Below are positions 30,215 through 41,105 of a DNA stretch of 64,000 nucleotides, piece by piece. Source of the stretch: an uncultured Candidatus Binatia bacterium (GTDB lineage Bacteria; Desulfobacterota; Binatia; UBA9968; JAJDTQ01). Below the pieces are notes generated by a model. That model ran no database searches, was not told the origin of the DNA, and was given only the letters and a program-made list of their open reading frames with translations. The stretch spans positions 2,112,001-2,176,000 of the forward strand of contig OZ219754.1 in the NCBI GenBank assembly GCA_964291295.2, given 5' to 3'. The number at the start of each line of letters is the position of its first letter. Position 1 is the stretch's first letter. The position numbers and the translations under genes are program-made.

Positions 30215-30427
30215 CGGTTCACCTCCCTGCAAGGCCCCTGCCCCTTGGCTCACGTCCGGGTCCGGTGGTGGGCGCGGGCCGCCGGGGCGCCATCGCCGCA
30301 CCGCAAGCGGGAACCGGGCTCCCGGGCCGCCGCCGGCCGCGGCCCGTCTTCGTCCCGGCGCGGCCCGCCGCTCCGGTCCGGCGTATTTCCGGCACAAACG
30401 TGCGTCGTCATCACCGGGCCTGCCGTG

Positions 30428-32665
30428 TCACACCAACCCCCAGGTCCGCCGCAGCCACCATTCCGTCCCCAGCAGCAGCACCGCCAAGGTGAACAGCAGG
30501 GGTTCGTTCCAGAGTGCCACTTGCCTTCGCGCCACGATGCTGGATGGTGCGGCCCGCTCCATCAACTCCTCGAACTCCGACCAGTGGGCCTCGGTCAACG
30601 CGCCGGCGTTGACGAACAGGCCCTGGCTTCGGGCGGCCACGGCTTCCAGCAGTTCCGGCCGCGGCCGGCCGTCGTCGTTTTCCTCCGACGGCAGCGCCAC
30701 CAGGAAGTTGGCGGCGGCGTTGCCAATGGGCTGTCCCGAGGACGACGCGCGCGCCACGATGCGGTGAGAGCCCTCCAGCCGCGGCGTGAACTCGGAGCGG
30801 TACTCCCCCGGCTGGTCGGTGACGGCCGTTTCCAGCGGGGTCTTTTCACCCTCCGGCCCGGTGACCACCACCTGCAGGGCCGGATTCTCGGCCGGGGCGT
30901 GGTCGTCCCGCAACACCCGGATGCGGAACTCGAGGGGTGTTCCCGGCCGCCGGGAGCCGCCCACCGCCAGGATCTGCACCTGGTCGAAGGCCGGCTCCCG
31001 CGCCAGCCAGCGCACGCCGTTCCGAATGAGCTTCAGATGGAGCTGGGGGTTCTGGTTGCGGCCGACCGCATCGAAGTTCCAGCGCCAGAGATCGTCGCTG
31101 GCAAACGCCATGGATCGTCCCTTGTGGTATCGACCCACGGTCAGCAGCGGTGCCTCGCGTCCCCGATCCCGCGCCGAAAGCAGCACTTCGCCATTGGCCT
31201 GCGCCACCTCGTTGAGGGTGGTCAGCGGCGGCAGCGCGCGCCAAGCGTCCTCGTTGGCCGCGGGATCGGCGAACACGCGCGTCAGCGGGTGAGCCTTGCC
31301 GGCCGGCGTCAGGACAGGGCGCGCGGCCACGCCGGTCCTGAAGGCGCCGCGTCCGTCCAGCTTCACCGGCAGCACCGGGGCCAGAGCGGTTTCGTGGTAT
31401 CCGCCGCGGTCGAAGGCGCGGGCGCCGCCCATCATGGCGATGCCGCCGCCGTTCCGGACAAAGTCCCGGATGTTCTCGAAGTAGAGCGGGTTGAAGTAGG
31501 TGCGGTGCGAAAAGTTGTCCAGGATCAGGACGTCGAAGTTCTGGAGCTCCTCGACGAAGATCTCGTCGATGGGAAAGGGAATCAGGCTCAACTCGTTCTC
31601 GCGCACATCCACCACGTCGCTGGGAGTGCGCAGGAAGACGAACGACACCAGTTCCAGAAACGGATCCTGCTTCAACGCGAAGCGCAGGAACCGGTAGTTC
31701 CACGAAGGGGCTCCCGACAGGGTCAACACCCGGAGCTTGTCCCGGCGCACATCCATCCGGAACGCCTTGCGGTTGTTTCCGGCAATGCTCTCGCCCGCGA
31801 GTTCGGGCAGGGTCAGGGTGAAGCTGTGGGTCCCCAGTTCCCGCGGCGTGTAGTGGAGGGTGACACGGTTCTCGTAGACGTTTCGATCGATGGTGATGGG
31901 ATGGGTCGAGATGAGGTTGCGCCCGAGGTTGAAGTAGAGCGGCACCTCGGTGCCGGCCAGGCCATACGCCTGAATGATCAGGTCGATGGTGATGGCGCGG
32001 CCGCGAAAGGCCATCTCCGGGGCGCGCAGTCCGGCAAGGCGCAGGTCCCTGAAGCCGTCCGTCCGTCCCACCCCGATGGCCAGGATCGGCCTGGGGTGGC
32101 CCTCGAAATCGTCGAGGGCATCGGCCGGGTTGACGATGCCGTCGGACGCGACGATGATCCCGGCGGCGTCCGGCTCGTTTGCCGCCACCTGTTCGAGGGC
32201 GTCGAACAGCCGGCTGGCATCTCCCGTCGGAGCCGCGGCCGCAAGCGCGTCAGGATCCCGCGGCGTGGTCTCGCGGTCGAAGGCGTAGCGCTTGAGATCG
32301 TATTTTTCGGCCAGGTCCCGGGTCAGTCCCGCGGCCGCCAGTGCCTCTCTGGCGGCGTCGAGCCGGCTGCCGCCGCCGTGCCCGGCCGGGAGTCCCATGC
32401 TCTCGGAGGTATCCATCAGGACCACCAGCGGCCGCCGCAGCGGCGTGGGATCCTCCGCCGTGCGCACCGGTCCCAGGAGGAACAACAACAGCAGGAGATG
32501 GACCATGCCCCGCAGCAGCGTCAACAGCGAGCCCCGGCCCGGTCCGAGGCTCCGGTGCAGGAAGCGGAACTGGTGGACGAGGAAACCCGCCGCGGCCAAC
32601 GTCAGCCCTGCCACCAGCCACGGGGGGAGCCCTCCGCCGAAGACGATGTCCGAGATTCCCGTCAT
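30428..32665 (-). CDS. Membrane-anchored vWA + glutamine amidotransferase-like domain protein
   Basis: DTSESM MIDAS, GGGIAMMGG, DLWRW, C-terminal EWWLRR TM anchor. Confidence 0.8.
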   Translation of the reverse strand: MTGISDIVFGGGLPPWLVAGLTLAAAGFLVHQFRFLHRSLGPGRGSLLTLLRGMVHLLLLLFLLGPVRTAEDPTPLRRPLVVLMDTSESMGLPAGHGGGSRLDAAREALAAAGLTRDLAEKYDLKRYAFDRETTPRDPDALAAAAPTGDASRLFDALEQVAANEPDAAGIIVASDGIVNPADALDDFEGHPRPILAIGVGRTDGFRDLRLAGLRAPEMAFRGRAITIDLIIQAYGLAGTEVPLYFNLGRNLISTHPITIDRNVYENRVTLHYTPRELGTHSFTLTLPELAGESIAGNNRKAFRMDVRRDKLRVLTLSGAPSWNYRFLRFALKQDPFLELVSFVFLRTPSDVVDVRENELSLIPFPIDEIFVEELQNFDVLILDNFSHRTYFNPLYFENIRDFVRNGGGIAMMGGARAFDRGGYHETALAPVLPVKLDGRGAFRTGVAARPVLTPAGKAHPLTRVFADPAANEDAWRALPPLTTLNEVAQANGEVLLSARDRGREAPLLTVGRYHKGRSMAFASDDLWRWNFDAVGRNQNPQLHLKLIRNGVRWLAREPAFDQVQILAVGGSRRPGTPLEFRIRVLRDDHAPAENPALQVVVTGPEGEKTPLETAVTDQPGEYRSEFTPRLEGSHRIVARASSSGQPIGNAAANFLVALPSEENDDGRPRPELLEAVAARSQGLFVNAGALTEAHWSEFEELMERAAPSSIVARRQVALWNEPLLFTLAVLLLGTEWWLRRTWGLV

Positions 32666-32671
32666 GGCATC

Positions 32672-33430
32672 CTACTGGGTGAGCCGGCGCCGGATGAACG
32701 GCACGTGGATCAGGTCCTGCTTGTAGTTGCCGGTCATGGAGTAGAGGATCAGGTTGACGCCCAGGTGGAAGGCGTCGCGCCGTTGCGCTTCGCCGTTGGG
32801 CACGCAGGGATGACTCCAGCGTCCGAGGCCGTCCCGCTCCCAGGCACCCGCCAGATCGTTGTGGCAATAGACCACCGGCGTGGTCTCCGCGAGTTGGATG
32901 CCTTCGAGATAAGGGCTGGTGGCCACCCGCCCGCCTATCCGCCGGAGCAGGTAGTAGCTGCGCAGCAACGCGTGGGTCAGGGGTATCTTGCGCATCTCCC
33001 GTCCCGGGAACAATCGCTGCATCTCCGCGCGGAAGCGCCGGTCGAAGCCATAGCCCAGTTGGCCGAGGGTGTTGTCGGCCAGCAGGAACCCGCCGAAGGA
33101 AAGGAAGCGGCGCAGGGTCAGGGTCTCGTCCTGGGAGAACGGCTCGAAGTCGTACTTGCCGGCCATGTAGAGGAACGGGAACGAGAAGAGCTCGGGGTCG
33201 GTGAGCCGCACCACCCGGCGTTCCAGCGCCGCGTGGACGCTGGTCCGGCGCATGAGTTCCTCCATCAACGGGGTCGCCGCCCGGGGGCGCGGGTCCCAGT
33301 CGCCGCCGCGGTAGCGCACCTGCGCGAAGACGAACGGCGTCGATTCCGCCGCTTCGAGTGGCGCGGGCAGACCCCAGGCCGTGGTGGCGGCCGTTCCAAG
33401 GACGCCTCGCAGGAACCGTCGTCTATTCAT
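32672..33430 (-). CDS. DUF4159 domain protein
   Basis: Tat signal RRRFL, GGDW, FPFLYMAG, GGFLLAD, NDLAGAW, GVNLILY. Confidence 0.85.
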   Translation of the reverse strand: MNRRRFLRGVLGTAATTAWGLPAPLEAAESTPFVFAQVRYRGGDWDPRPRAATPLMEELMRRTSVHAALERRVVRLTDPELFSFPFLYMAGKYDFEPFSQDETLTLRRFLSFGGFLLADNTLGQLGYGFDRRFRAEMQRLFPGREMRKIPLTHALLRSYYLLRRIGGRVATSPYLEGIQLAETTPVVYCHNDLAGAWERDGLGRWSHPCVPNGEAQRRDAFHLGVNLILYSMTGNYKQDLIHVPFIRRRLTQ

Positions 33431-35522
33431 GGTTTCGCTGTCCCAGCCAGCTTTCGAACAGGAGCGTGAGCACCAGCAACACCACCAGCGCCAGCGCCAG
33501 GTCTGTGCGGGTGCCGCCCTCGGACAGGGCGCCGGCGGCAAGGACCTGGTGGCTCACGGGTCCGAGCTTTCGCTCCAGTTCGCCGGCGCCGATGCGTTCC
33601 AGGCGCGACTCCAGGGGCGGCGGGTTCACCGCGTACAGCGGGGCGATGTCCAACTCTCCACGGGGGGAGACCACCCGGTATATCCCGGCGAAGTCGTTGC
33701 CGTCGAAGGCCCCGGACGCCCCTCCCTCCGCCGGCTCCAGGAGGACCTCCCGCTCCCTGCGGTTGGGATCCACCACCCGCAGCCGCTTCCCCGCGTGAGC
33801 GGCATCGACGGTCCATCGCTTCTCGGTGCCCGCGGTGATCCCGGTGTCAAGGGAGCCGCCGCCGCCTCCCGCCATGTGAGCGGCCAGCGACTGCATCAGC
33901 GGTACGTAGCCGATCTTGAGGGGGAGATCGTTCCAGGCACTGTCGACGGTGGATGTGTAAAGGAGAACGCGGCCCTTGCCGTGCTCCTTCTCCACCAGCA
34001 GCGGCTCATCGTTGCTCAGGCGCATCAGGGTGCGCCCCCCGGCCGGTGCCACCGTGAAGTACGACGATACCTTGACCGAGCGCAGCGAATCCAGCAGGCG
34101 CGGGTCGGCAAAGGCCGCCAGGGCGGGGTGCGTCACATCCACCGCGCCCACGGCGACATTACGGTCCAGGGGCACCCGCCGCTGTTGCCCCAGAGGGCCG
34201 GGGAGGAGAGGCGATGCGTTGCGCCACAATGCCCGGTTGTGGCCTTCGGCCGTTACCCGGTCGCCCAGGGCCAGCAGCAGCCCGCCGCCGTTCTCGACGA
34301 AGGCCGCAAGCCGGGCCGCGAACGCCGCCGGCAACGTGGCGATGTTGGCCAGTACCACCGCCTGATATCCGTCAGGGTCGATCCGGTCGATGGCGCCCGG
34401 GAGCACGACCTCCGGCAACAGCACCGAGTTGGCCACGTCCCCGGCGGGGTTCAGCGCGCGGCTCAGGAAGAAGGTCTCGCTGACCGCCAGCGCCCTCTGG
34501 GGGTCGCCGTCCACCAGCAGGATGTTCGGACGGTCCCGGGTGTGCAGGGTGAAGTAGTGCCGCAGGCTGCCGGACAGTCCGGCTCCATGGAGCGACACGC
34601 GGCCGGAGTGGCTGCCGGGCCGGTCGAGCCTGAACCGGAAGTCCACGGTGGACGCCGCACCCGGCGACAGTGTCACCGGCTTTTCGTCCCGCACCTCGCC
34701 GTCGATGCTGAGACGAGCCGTCAGGTCGGGGATGGCGGCGTCGGCAAAGCTCTCGAGGGTGGCCTCCAGCCCGATGTCCATTCCCGGAGCGACATGGGCG
34801 GCCCGGGAGGCGAGCGCGGTGATGGTGGCGCTCGGCGGCGGATCGGACGAGCCCACGGTAACGATCTTCACGGGGACCGTGGGGTCGTACGCGCCCACCG
34901 CCGGCAGCGACAGGCGGTCCCAACCCGAAAGCCCCAGGTCGGTGATCACCCACAGCGCCTTCTGCCCTCCGCTTTTTCCCAGGAGTCCGTAGGCGGTGCG
35001 CAGGGCCGCCGTGAAGTCGGCGGTGCCGGCGGTGACGGCCAATGCCCCGAGGTCCTTGAGGGCCGCTTCCCGCGGATCCCTGAGCAGGGGTTGACGGCGC
35101 CCCGCCGGGTTGGTGGCGATGACCGCGGCGAGATCGTCTTCGTCGAGCGCCTCGAGGATGCGGCCGGCGGCCTGTTTCGCTTCGTTGAACGGCGCGCCCC
35201 GTTCGCGCACCTGCATGCTCAGGGAATTGTCCACGACGATGGCGGTGGCCAAGGGCGCGCCCCTGGCCGAGAGCCCCACCCCGGTCTCCCACAGCGGGTG
35301 GGCCATGAGCAGCACCAGCAGGATGATGGCCAGTGTCCGCACCGCCAGCAGCAGCCAGTTCCGCAGGTTGTAGGTGCGGGCCACGCGCCGTTGCGAGATC
35401 AGCACGAAACGCACCGCGGGGAAGCGCAGGCGTTTCTGCTGCCGCCGGTTGAGCAGGTGGATCACCAGCGGGATCACCGCCGTCACCAGCGCCGCGAGGT
35501 ACAAGGGGTAGAGGAATCCCAG
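33423..35522 (-). CDS. BatA N-terminal + vWA domain membrane protein
   Basis: GFLYPLYL..IPLVIHLL..FPAVRF..LLLAVR, DNSLSM; probable CTG start at 35522. Confidence 0.88.
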   Translation of the reverse strand: MGFLYPLYLAALVTAVIPLVIHLLNRRQQKRLRFPAVRFVLISQRRVARTYNLRNWLLLAVRTLAIILLVLLMAHPLWETGVGLSARGAPLATAIVVDNSLSMQVRERGAPFNEAKQAAGRILEALDEDDLAAVIATNPAGRRQPLLRDPREAALKDLGALAVTAGTADFTAALRTAYGLLGKSGGQKALWVITDLGLSGWDRLSLPAVGAYDPTVPVKIVTVGSSDPPPSATITALASRAAHVAPGMDIGLEATLESFADAAIPDLTARLSIDGEVRDEKPVTLSPGAASTVDFRFRLDRPGSHSGRVSLHGAGLSGSLRHYFTLHTRDRPNILLVDGDPQRALAVSETFFLSRALNPAGDVANSVLLPEVVLPGAIDRIDPDGYQAVVLANIATLPAAFAARLAAFVENGGGLLLALGDRVTAEGHNRALWRNASPLLPGPLGQQRRVPLDRNVAVGAVDVTHPALAAFADPRLLDSLRSVKVSSYFTVAPAGGRTLMRLSNDEPLLVEKEHGKGRVLLYTSTVDSAWNDLPLKIGYVPLMQSLAAHMAGGGGGSLDTGITAGTEKRWTVDAAHAGKRLRVVDPNRREREVLLEPAEGGASGAFDGNDFAGIYRVVSPRGELDIAPLYAVNPPPLESRLERIGAGELERKLGPVSHQVLAAGALSEGGTRTDLALALVVLLVLTLLFESWLGQRNHE

Positions 35523-35523
35523 G

Positions 35524-36414
35524 TTATTTCCTCCAGCTCAGGTAGCTCACCAGAGCCTGGTCCAGCGGCGTCGCCGTCGAGACCAGTTGGTAGTCGATGG
35601 CGTACTCGTGACAGCCTGACCGGAGCGTGTCGATGTGTTGCTCCACGACCCGGCGATATTCCGCCTGGATGGCCTTGGGGTCGGCGATGACCCGAAGGCC
35701 CGGGTCTTCGATGTCCTCGAACCGCGTGTTGCCGGAGAAAGGGAGGGTGATCTCCGCTTCGTCCATCAGGTGGAACACCAGCACATCGTTGCCCTTGAAG
35801 CGGAACAGGCGCAACCCCTGGAGCACCGACTCGGCGTCGTCCAGCAGGTCCGACACCAGCACCACCAGGCCGCGCCGCCGGATGCCGCCGGCCACTTCGT
35901 GCAGGATCCTGCCCACGGCGGTCTCGCCCCGAACGGTCTCGGCCTCGAGCCGCTGCAGGAGCTCCACCATGTAGCCTCGGGTGGCTCTGGGCGGCAGTTG
36001 CGAATCGATACGGTCCGAAAAGGTGGTCAGGCCCGCGGCGTCCTGCTGCCGGAGGATGAGGTAGGCCAGCGACGCCACCAGGATGCAGCCGTACTCGAAT
36101 TTGGTGACCTCGCCCGACGCGTAGTCCATGGAGCCGCTGACGTCCAGCAGCAGGTGAGTCCTGAGGTTGCTCTCGTCCTCGAATTCCTTGACGAAGTATC
36201 GGTCCAGCTTGCCCAGGGCCTTCCAGTCGATGCGGCGGATCTCGTCCCCCGGAGCATACTCGCGATGCTGCTCGAACTCGACGCTGAAGCCCTTGGCGCG
36301 GCTCCGGTGGAGCCCGGCCATGACGCCTTCGACGACCCAACGCGCCTTGAGGTGCAGGTTCGAGAGCCTCGCCAGCACCGCCGGGTCGAAGTAGCCTTGT
36401 TCAGGGGTTGCCAT
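35524..36414 (-). CDS. DUF58 domain protein
   Basis: EFEQHREYAPGDEIRRIDWK, LDVSGSM, VSDLL. Confidence 0.95.
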   Translation of the reverse strand: MATPEQGYFDPAVLARLSNLHLKARWVVEGVMAGLHRSRAKGFSVEFEQHREYAPGDEIRRIDWKALGKLDRYFVKEFEDESNLRTHLLLDVSGSMDYASGEVTKFEYGCILVASLAYLILRQQDAAGLTTFSDRIDSQLPPRATRGYMVELLQRLEAETVRGETAVGRILHEVAGGIRRRGLVVLVSDLLDDAESVLQGLRLFRFKGNDVLVFHLMDEAEITLPFSGNTRFEDIEDPGLRVIADPKAIQAEYRRVVEQHIDTLRSGCHEYAIDYQLVSTATPLDQALVSYLSWRK

Positions 36415-36609
36415 GAACGCCGAAGCGATAGTGGAATACCGCGTCAGTTAATCACCTTCATCGGGTGAACTCAAGGCGGTCCGGGCACCGGTGCCCGAAT
36501 CGCCGAGCCGTTGGCGTGGCGGTGCGCGGTGTCGGGTATGCTAAGATGCGCGGTTGTCGTTGCGGCGGGCGGGAAGACGGCGGTGACCGGCACGGGGACG
36601 TATCCATTC

Positions 36610-37821
36610 GTGACACGAAACAGCATACTTGGCGCCATCGGCAGGGACCGGTTGGCGCTGCTGGGATACATGACGGGCGGGCATTTTGCGGTGCACTGGT
36701 TCATCCAGCTGTTTCCGCTGATCCTGGAGCCCCTGAAGGCCGCCCTGCGTCTCAGCTACGTGCAGGTGGGGAGCCTGATGACCCTGCGGGAACTCACCAC
36801 CGGGCTCATGAATCTGCCCGCGGGGATCCTGGGGGACCGGCTGGCGCGCCATCGAACCGCGATTCTCTCCTCGGCGCTCTTGGCCTTGGGGGCGGCCTAC
36901 CTGCTCTTCGGCCTCGCCCCCGGCTACCTCTCCGCGTTGGTTGCGGCCGGCCTTGTGGGCGTCGGCATTGCACTCTGGCATCCCACGGCCATGGCGTCGC
37001 TCTCGAGCCGCTTCCCCGAGCACCGGGCCACCGCCTTTGCCATCCACGGCATGGGCGCCACCGTCAGCGACACCCTCACACCGGTGGCGGTGGGGCTCCT
37101 TTTCATTCTGTACCCCTGGCACCGACTCATGGTGCTGCAACTGTTGCTGGCCGTGCTGCTGGGCATTCCCTTGTGGCTCGGTCTGCGCCGTGTGCTGGCC
37201 ACGCCGCCGCCCGTGTCCACGGCCCGGGGCGCGCAGGCGTCGGGGCTGGGCGCGTTCCTGCGCAATCCGAGCTTCCTGGGCATGGCCCTCGCCAACGGCC
37301 TCATGAACACCGGCCGGGTGCTGGTCTACACGTTCTTTCCCTTGTACGTGCAGGAAACCCTCGGTTACACCTCCAGGGGACTGGGCGTCTACCTCGGTCT
37401 GCTGCACGTCCTGGGCACGGTGTCCCAACTGGCCCTCGGCTATCTGTCGGACCGGCTGGGGCGGAAGGGAGTGTTGTTGCCGGCGTTTCTGGCCTTGGGG
37501 GTGCTCTACATCCTGATCCCGCTGGTGCCGCCGGGGGTTCCCCTGGGGATCGTGGTGTCCCTCATCAGCCTCTTCTTCTACACCCTCACCAACGTCACCG
37601 CCGCCGCCATCGTGGATGTGGCCGGCTCCCGAATCCAGGCCACGTCCCTGGGGATCACGTTCCTGTTCAACAGCATGTTCACCCTGCCCGGCCCGGTCAT
37701 CGCCGGCTACCTGGTCGGGCACTACGGCATGGGCGCGGTGTTCTACCTTTCCGGCGGCGTGATGCTGGCGGCCGCCGCCGTCATCCTCCCGCTGCGGCTA
37801 TACCGGGGCTGGGGACGATGA
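36610..37821 (+). CDS. MFS transporter
   Basis: About 12 TM helices, GILGDR and GYLSDRLGRK MFS loops; start uncertain. Confidence 0.9.
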   Translation: MTRNSILGAIGRDRLALLGYMTGGHFAVHWFIQLFPLILEPLKAALRLSYVQVGSLMTLRELTTGLMNLPAGILGDRLARHRTAILSSALLALGAAYLLFGLAPGYLSALVAAGLVGVGIALWHPTAMASLSSRFPEHRATAFAIHGMGATVSDTLTPVAVGLLFILYPWHRLMVLQLLLAVLLGIPLWLGLRRVLATPPPVSTARGAQASGLGAFLRNPSFLGMALANGLMNTGRVLVYTFFPLYVQETLGYTSRGLGVYLGLLHVLGTVSQLALGYLSDRLGRKGVLLPAFLALGVLYILIPLVPPGVPLGIVVSLISLFFYTLTNVTAAAIVDVAGSRIQATSLGITFLFNSMFTLPGPVIAGYLVGHYGMGAVFYLSGGVMLAAAAVILPLRLYRGWGR

Positions 37822-38624
37822 CGGCCGGGCGTCTGTTTCGGATCGGGCCGGAGGCCCGGCGGCGGGAACGAAGCGTGACTTCCCGGTTCCCTCCGGAACG
37901 GAACATGGAACTCGCGCGCGGCGCGATCCACGTGTGGCGTGCGGCGACCGAGGTTTCCGCGTCTCGCCTGGCTCGCCTGTACGAACTGCTGGCGTCCGAC
38001 GAACGTGAGCGGGCGGCCCGTTTCCGCCGCGAGGCGGACCGGCGGCGGTACACGGTGGCCCGGGGCGTTCTCAGAAGCCTGCTCGGGCGTTACCTCGGCG
38101 TGGAGCCGGCGGCGCTCGCGTTCCGTTACGGTGCCCATGGAAAGCCGGCGCTGTCGCAAGCCGCCGCCGGCGGCGACCTGCGCTTCAATCTGTCCCATTC
38201 CCATGGGCTGGCGCTGCATGCCTTTGCAGTGGGCCGCGAGGTGGGTGTGGACATCGAGCGCATGCGTCCGGACACCGACATCATGGGCGTCGCCCGGCAT
38301 TCCTTTTCGCCCGCCGAGCTGGAGGCCCTGACAAGCCTTCCGTCGGCGTGGCGGCGTGCGGCCTTCTTCGATGGCTGGTGCCGCAAGGAGGCGTTCATCA
38401 AGGCCTGCGGGGAGGGCGTCGCGCTGGGGCTGCGGCGGTTCGATGTGACCTTGCGGCCGGACGAGTCGGCGGCGTTGCTGCGGTTCGAAGGCGATCCGGC
38501 GGCGGCGTCACGGTGGTCCATGCGCGCCCTGGACGCGGGCGAGGGCTACCGGGCGGCGCTGGTGGTGGAAGGAGAGGGATGGGACCTGTGGTGCGGGGAC
38601 TATCCCGGCGACGGCGTGATCTGA
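37818..38624 (+). CDS. Sfp/HetI-type 4'-phosphopantetheinyl transferase
   Basis: HGKP, FNLSHS, VGVDIE, WCRKEAFIKACGEG. Confidence 0.93.
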   Translation: MTAGRLFRIGPEARRRERSVTSRFPPERNMELARGAIHVWRAATEVSASRLARLYELLASDERERAARFRREADRRRYTVARGVLRSLLGRYLGVEPAALAFRYGAHGKPALSQAAAGGDLRFNLSHSHGLALHAFAVGREVGVDIERMRPDTDIMGVARHSFSPAELEALTSLPSAWRRAAFFDGWCRKEAFIKACGEGVALGLRRFDVTLRPDESAALLRFEGDPAAASRWSMRALDAGEGYRAALVVEGEGWDLWCGDYPGDGVI

Positions 38625-38676
38625 CGTGGGTCCGCTCAAGGAGAAGAAGGCAGGACGGGCAGGAAGGGGGAATCGC

Positions 38677-39225
38677 ATGGCGCGTATCGCGAAGATCGAG
38701 ACAAAGGACCAGCTGGACCCGGAACACCATGGGGTGTTCGATGCCATCGCGGAGAGCCGCGGCCGGGTGCAGGGACCGTTTCCCATGCTGCTGCACAGCC
38801 CGGAGCTGGCGGGCCGCGTGGCGCATCTGGGCGCCCATGTGCGCTTCGAGATGGGACTGTCCCGGAAGCTCAAGGAACTGGTGATCCTCACCGTGGCGCG
38901 GGAGCTGGACTGCCGCTTCGAGTGGTCGGTGCACGCCGGGCATGCGCGCGCGGCGGGGGTTCCCGACGACTGTATCGAGGCCCTGCGAACCCGGCGGGAA
39001 CCGGCCGGCCTCACTCCGGAGGAGACGGACGTCCGCCGCTACACACGGGAGCTGCTGCGGTCCCGCCGCGTGAGCGGCGAGACCTTCGCCGCCGTGGAGC
39101 GGAGGCTGGGGGCCGCGGGTTGCGTGGAGCTCTCGTCCCTCATCGGATACTATGTGTTGCTGGCCTGCGTCCTCAATTCCATGGAGGTGGAGCCGGCGGA
39201 GGGCGAGAAGCCGCTGGATCCATAG
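38677..39225 (+). CDS. Carboxymuconolactone decarboxylase/AhpD family protein
   Basis: GPFPMLLHSPELA, ELVILTVAR..C.FEWSVH. Confidence 0.88.
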   Translation: MARIAKIETKDQLDPEHHGVFDAIAESRGRVQGPFPMLLHSPELAGRVAHLGAHVRFEMGLSRKLKELVILTVARELDCRFEWSVHAGHARAAGVPDDCIEALRTRREPAGLTPEETDVRRYTRELLRSRRVSGETFAAVERRLGAAGCVELSSLIGYYVLLACVLNSMEVEPAEGEKPLDP

Positions 39226-39494
39226 GGAGGCGCCATCCCCGCTCCCGGGGATCCGGGTGAGGGGACGCTCGTCCCCGGCCGTCAGCGCTTGGGTGCGCGC
39301 GGTTCCAGACCACCGTGACAGCCGCCTTTCGCCGGACTCGCGGCCAGGGCCATTTCACAGGGTGATGCCACCCGGCCGACCTCACCCCGTGAACGAGCCG
39401 GCTCCCGTGCCGGACCGGCGAGCACACGTCAGGATGCCGCACCGGCGCGGCGGGAGCGTCGCACCGGCGCGGCGGAAGACACGGACGGAGCGCA

Positions 39495-41105
39495 ATGAGC
39501 GACAGACCCAAGAGCGACAGACCCAATTTTCTCTTCATCATCACCGACCAGCACCGGGCGGACCATCTCGGTTGTTACGGCAATCCGGTGGTGCGGACGC
39601 CGCACATCGACGGACTCGCGTCGTCGGGCACCCGCTTTGACCGCTTCTACGCGGCCACGCCCATCTGCATGCCCAATCGGGCCACGTTGATGACCGGCCG
39701 GATGCCGTCGCTCCACGGCGTCCGTCATAACGGCATCCCGCTTTCCCTGCAGGCCACCACCTTCACCGACATCCTGTCCGCGGCCGGCTACCGCACGGTG
39801 CTCATCGGCAAGTGCCATCTCCAGAGCATCAAGGACGACCTTCCGGTGGTCGGCATGCCGGAGCCGGACCCGAAGCGCACCCGGCCGCCCGAGGGGCTCC
39901 GCGAGGCGCGGAAGGATGCCGGCGGGCGTTATGACCAGGAGCTTCCGTCCACCTGGGCGCGGGATCCGGAGTTCGAGCCGGTGTTGCCCTACTACGGGTT
40001 CCAGCACGTGGAACTCTGCATCAGGCATGCAGACCAGGTGGTGGGACACTACGACCGATGGCTGCGTGCGCGTCACCCGGACCCCGACTCCCTGCGCGGG
40101 CGCGCCTGCCAGCTTCCCGGCAACCGCCGTCAGGCACCCCAGGCATGGCGCACCCGGATGCCCGAGGAGCTTTATCCCACCACCTACGTGGCCGAGCGCA
40201 CCCTGGCGTTCCTGGAGGAGCACGCGCGCTCCGGCCGGAAGCGGCCGTTCTTCATCCAGTGCTCGTTTCCCGACCCGCATCATGCGTTCACGCCTCCCGG
40301 CAGGTATTGGGACATCTACGACCCCGAGGCCATCGCGCTGCCGGGTTCGTTTCATCACGGCGAACATCCGGTGCCGCCGCATCTGGCACGGCTCCACGAG
40401 GAACGGGACCGGGGCGAGGCCAACCGCGACGGCCAGCGCACTTTCGCCATCACCGAGCGGGAAGCGCGCGAGGCCATCGCGCTCACGTACGGCATGATCA
40501 CCATGATCGATGATGCCATCGGGCGCATTCGAACCCGACTGGAGGCGCTGGGCCTGTCGGACGACACGGTGATCGTCTTCACCAGCGACCATGGCGATTT
40601 CATGGGCGACCACCAGCTTTTGCTGAAGGGCGCGCTGCACTATCGCGGTCTGGTGCGGGTGCCGTTCATCTGGGTGGATCCGAAGACGGAAACGAGGGGA
40701 GTCGTCAACCCGGGACTGTGCGGCACCCTGGACCTGCCCGGCACGATCCTGCATCGGGCCGGTCTGGCGGGGCATAACGGCATGCAGGGCATGAGCCTGC
40801 TGGCGGCCATGGACGGCTCCGACACCGGCTGTGACGCGCTCCTCATCGAGGAGCACCAGCGCCGGGGATACATGGGCTTCGACAACAACTTCCGCGCCCG
40901 CACGCTCATCACGCCGCATCGTCGCCTGACCCTCTACGAGGGGGCGGATCGGGGCGAGGTCTACGACCTGGAAAACGACCCCGACGAGATGCGCAACCTG
41001 TGGGACGAGCCGGGCTCCCGCCGCCACGAACTCACCGAGGCGCTGGCCCGCAAGATGATGGCCCTCACCGACACGAGCCCCCTGGCCACGCACCACGGTC
41101 CGTAG
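39495..41105 (+). CDS. Formylglycine-type sulfatase
   Basis: PNFLFIITDQHR, CMPNRATLMTG (CxPxR), GKCH, PDPH, SDHGD. Confidence 0.93.
   Translation: MSDRPKSDRPNFLFIITDQHRADHLGCYGNPVVRTPHIDGLASSGTRFDRFYAATPICMPNRATLMTGRMPSLHGVRHNGIPLSLQATTFTDILSAAGYRTVLIGKCHLQSIKDDLPVVGMPEPDPKRTRPPEGLREARKDAGGRYDQELPSTWARDPEFEPVLPYYGFQHVELCIRHADQVVGHYDRWLRARHPDPDSLRGRACQLPGNRRQAPQAWRTRMPEELYPTTYVAERTLAFLEEHARSGRKRPFFIQCSFPDPHHAFTPPGRYWDIYDPEAIALPGSFHHGEHPVPPHLARLHEERDRGEANRDGQRTFAITEREAREAIALTYGMITMIDDAIGRIRTRLEALGLSDDTVIVFTSDHGDFMGDHQLLLKGALHYRGLVRVPFIWVDPKTETRGVVNPGLCGTLDLPGTILHRAGLAGHNGMQGMSLLAAMDGSDTGCDALLIEEHQRRGYMGFDNNFRARTLITPHRRLTLYEGADRGEVYDLENDPDEMRNLWDEPGSRRHELTEALARKMMALTDTSPLATHHGP

Noticed and set aside
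29627-33469. 1280-aa plus-strand ORF (and similar long antisense ORFs such as 45903-48824, 17910-20003, 6902-9142)
   Set aside because: Shadow ORFs of recognisable opposite-strand genes in high-GC DNA; no family motifs.
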